DNA of 64,000 nt from Heptranchias perlo (taxonomy: Eukaryota), in assembly GCF_035084215.1 (NCBI RefSeq), contig NC_090354.1:12152001-12216000 (forward strand). The letters are read 5' to 3'. Made by a program: the position numbers and the translations under genes. Position 1 is the stretch's first letter, and the number at the start of each line of letters is the position of its first letter. Of this stretch, positions 63,105 through 64,000 are shown one piece after another. The notes below the pieces were generated by a model, which saw only the letters and a list, made by a program, of their open reading frames with translations, made no database searches and was not told where the DNA came from.

Positions 63105-64000
63105 GTAAGTATTTTCTGAGAAGTTCCTTGGAGTGTTATTAAAGATCTCATTTAGAGCAATGGAATAGACTTTAATACATGACAGATTGCAGACTGGGAC
63201 TATTGTAAATATAATTGCTTTAAGTTCTAAGACCTGGGCACTTGTGACTGAGGACAAATAAATTCTTTTTTTTATTTCAATCTTAGTTTTAGAAAATGCT
63301 AAACGTTTATAACTTAAAATATTTTAATGGCATCTTTTTCTTTTGTCTTGGTCTGTCTATAGCCCACTTTACCCTGTGCTAAGGGGTAGGCAGACAACTG
63401 ACCTCTAGATAACTGGCGGTGTTGCTCTATATCTTGCTGCCAGGGGGTCAGGGGTGGGAATAGAGAACCAACTCTGACTTTCCTGAAGAAAGTGCTTGGC
63501 CTTTACGACCTCTGTGAGGCACCTTCCCTGATGGCACGCTAAGATTCAGAACATATTTTATGGAAATTTGCAGCTGCAGAAAAGAACTCATCAGTCCATA
63601 CACAGCATATTGGAGCTCTGTCACTCTGTCACTCTGCACCATCTGAGAATCAATTATATTTGTAAATATTGTAGTAAATATTCTTCCATTTTTAATTTAT
63701 GAAGATATTAAGATAAATTATAGATAATATTAAAATTATAAACCTTTCTTTGAACTTATATCTATACGTTTTTTTCTTGGTCTTTTCTCTGGTTCATAAA
63801 TCTTTTTAAGTCTAATATTTATGTCTTATTGTTCATTTTTTAACATTTGGACTTTTTTTGAGGAAACAAATTATTACTTGAGAGCAGCTTCAGGTGTTTA
63901 TGTGTCAGTTCACATTTCATGGTGTTTGGACAGCATCCAAAGCAGACAAGCTCAAAAGAATTCTAATCTGATCTTACTCCTGGTTGAGAAGAGTGTTTTG

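Overview
Eukaryotic vertebrate DNA, most likely a cartilaginous fish (inferred from the Deu-domain SINEs, the abundant CR1 LINEs and the Penelope families). The window holds the AOC-G6PC1 neighbourhood known from mammals. (1) One complete 4-exon copper amine oxidase gene (AOC3/AOC2-like, + strand, 3704-21065, 754 aa). (2) A cluster of three glucose-6-phosphatase catalytic subunit (G6PC1-like) paralogues: two complete 5-exon, 357-aa genes on the - strand (copy A 35479-40552, copy B 47048-56283) and exon 1 of copy C on the + strand (62875-63104), head-to-head with copy B. The rest is intron and intergenic DNA rich in CR1 LINE fragments, SINEs, Harbinger-type elements, a Gypsy relic and Penelope-like elements. 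Best second-look signals: (a) palindromic Penelope-derived insertions with clear target-site duplications that carry minimal hammerhead-ribozyme cores; one sits in a G6PC intron and has captured a 237-bp inverted copy of nearby intron DNA; (b) patchwork gene conversion among the G6PC paralogues; (c) an orphan duplicate of the copy-C promoter; (d) an amine oxidase active site that mixes AOC2-like and diamine-oxidase-like residues. All alignments were done by eye, and repeat boundaries are approximate.
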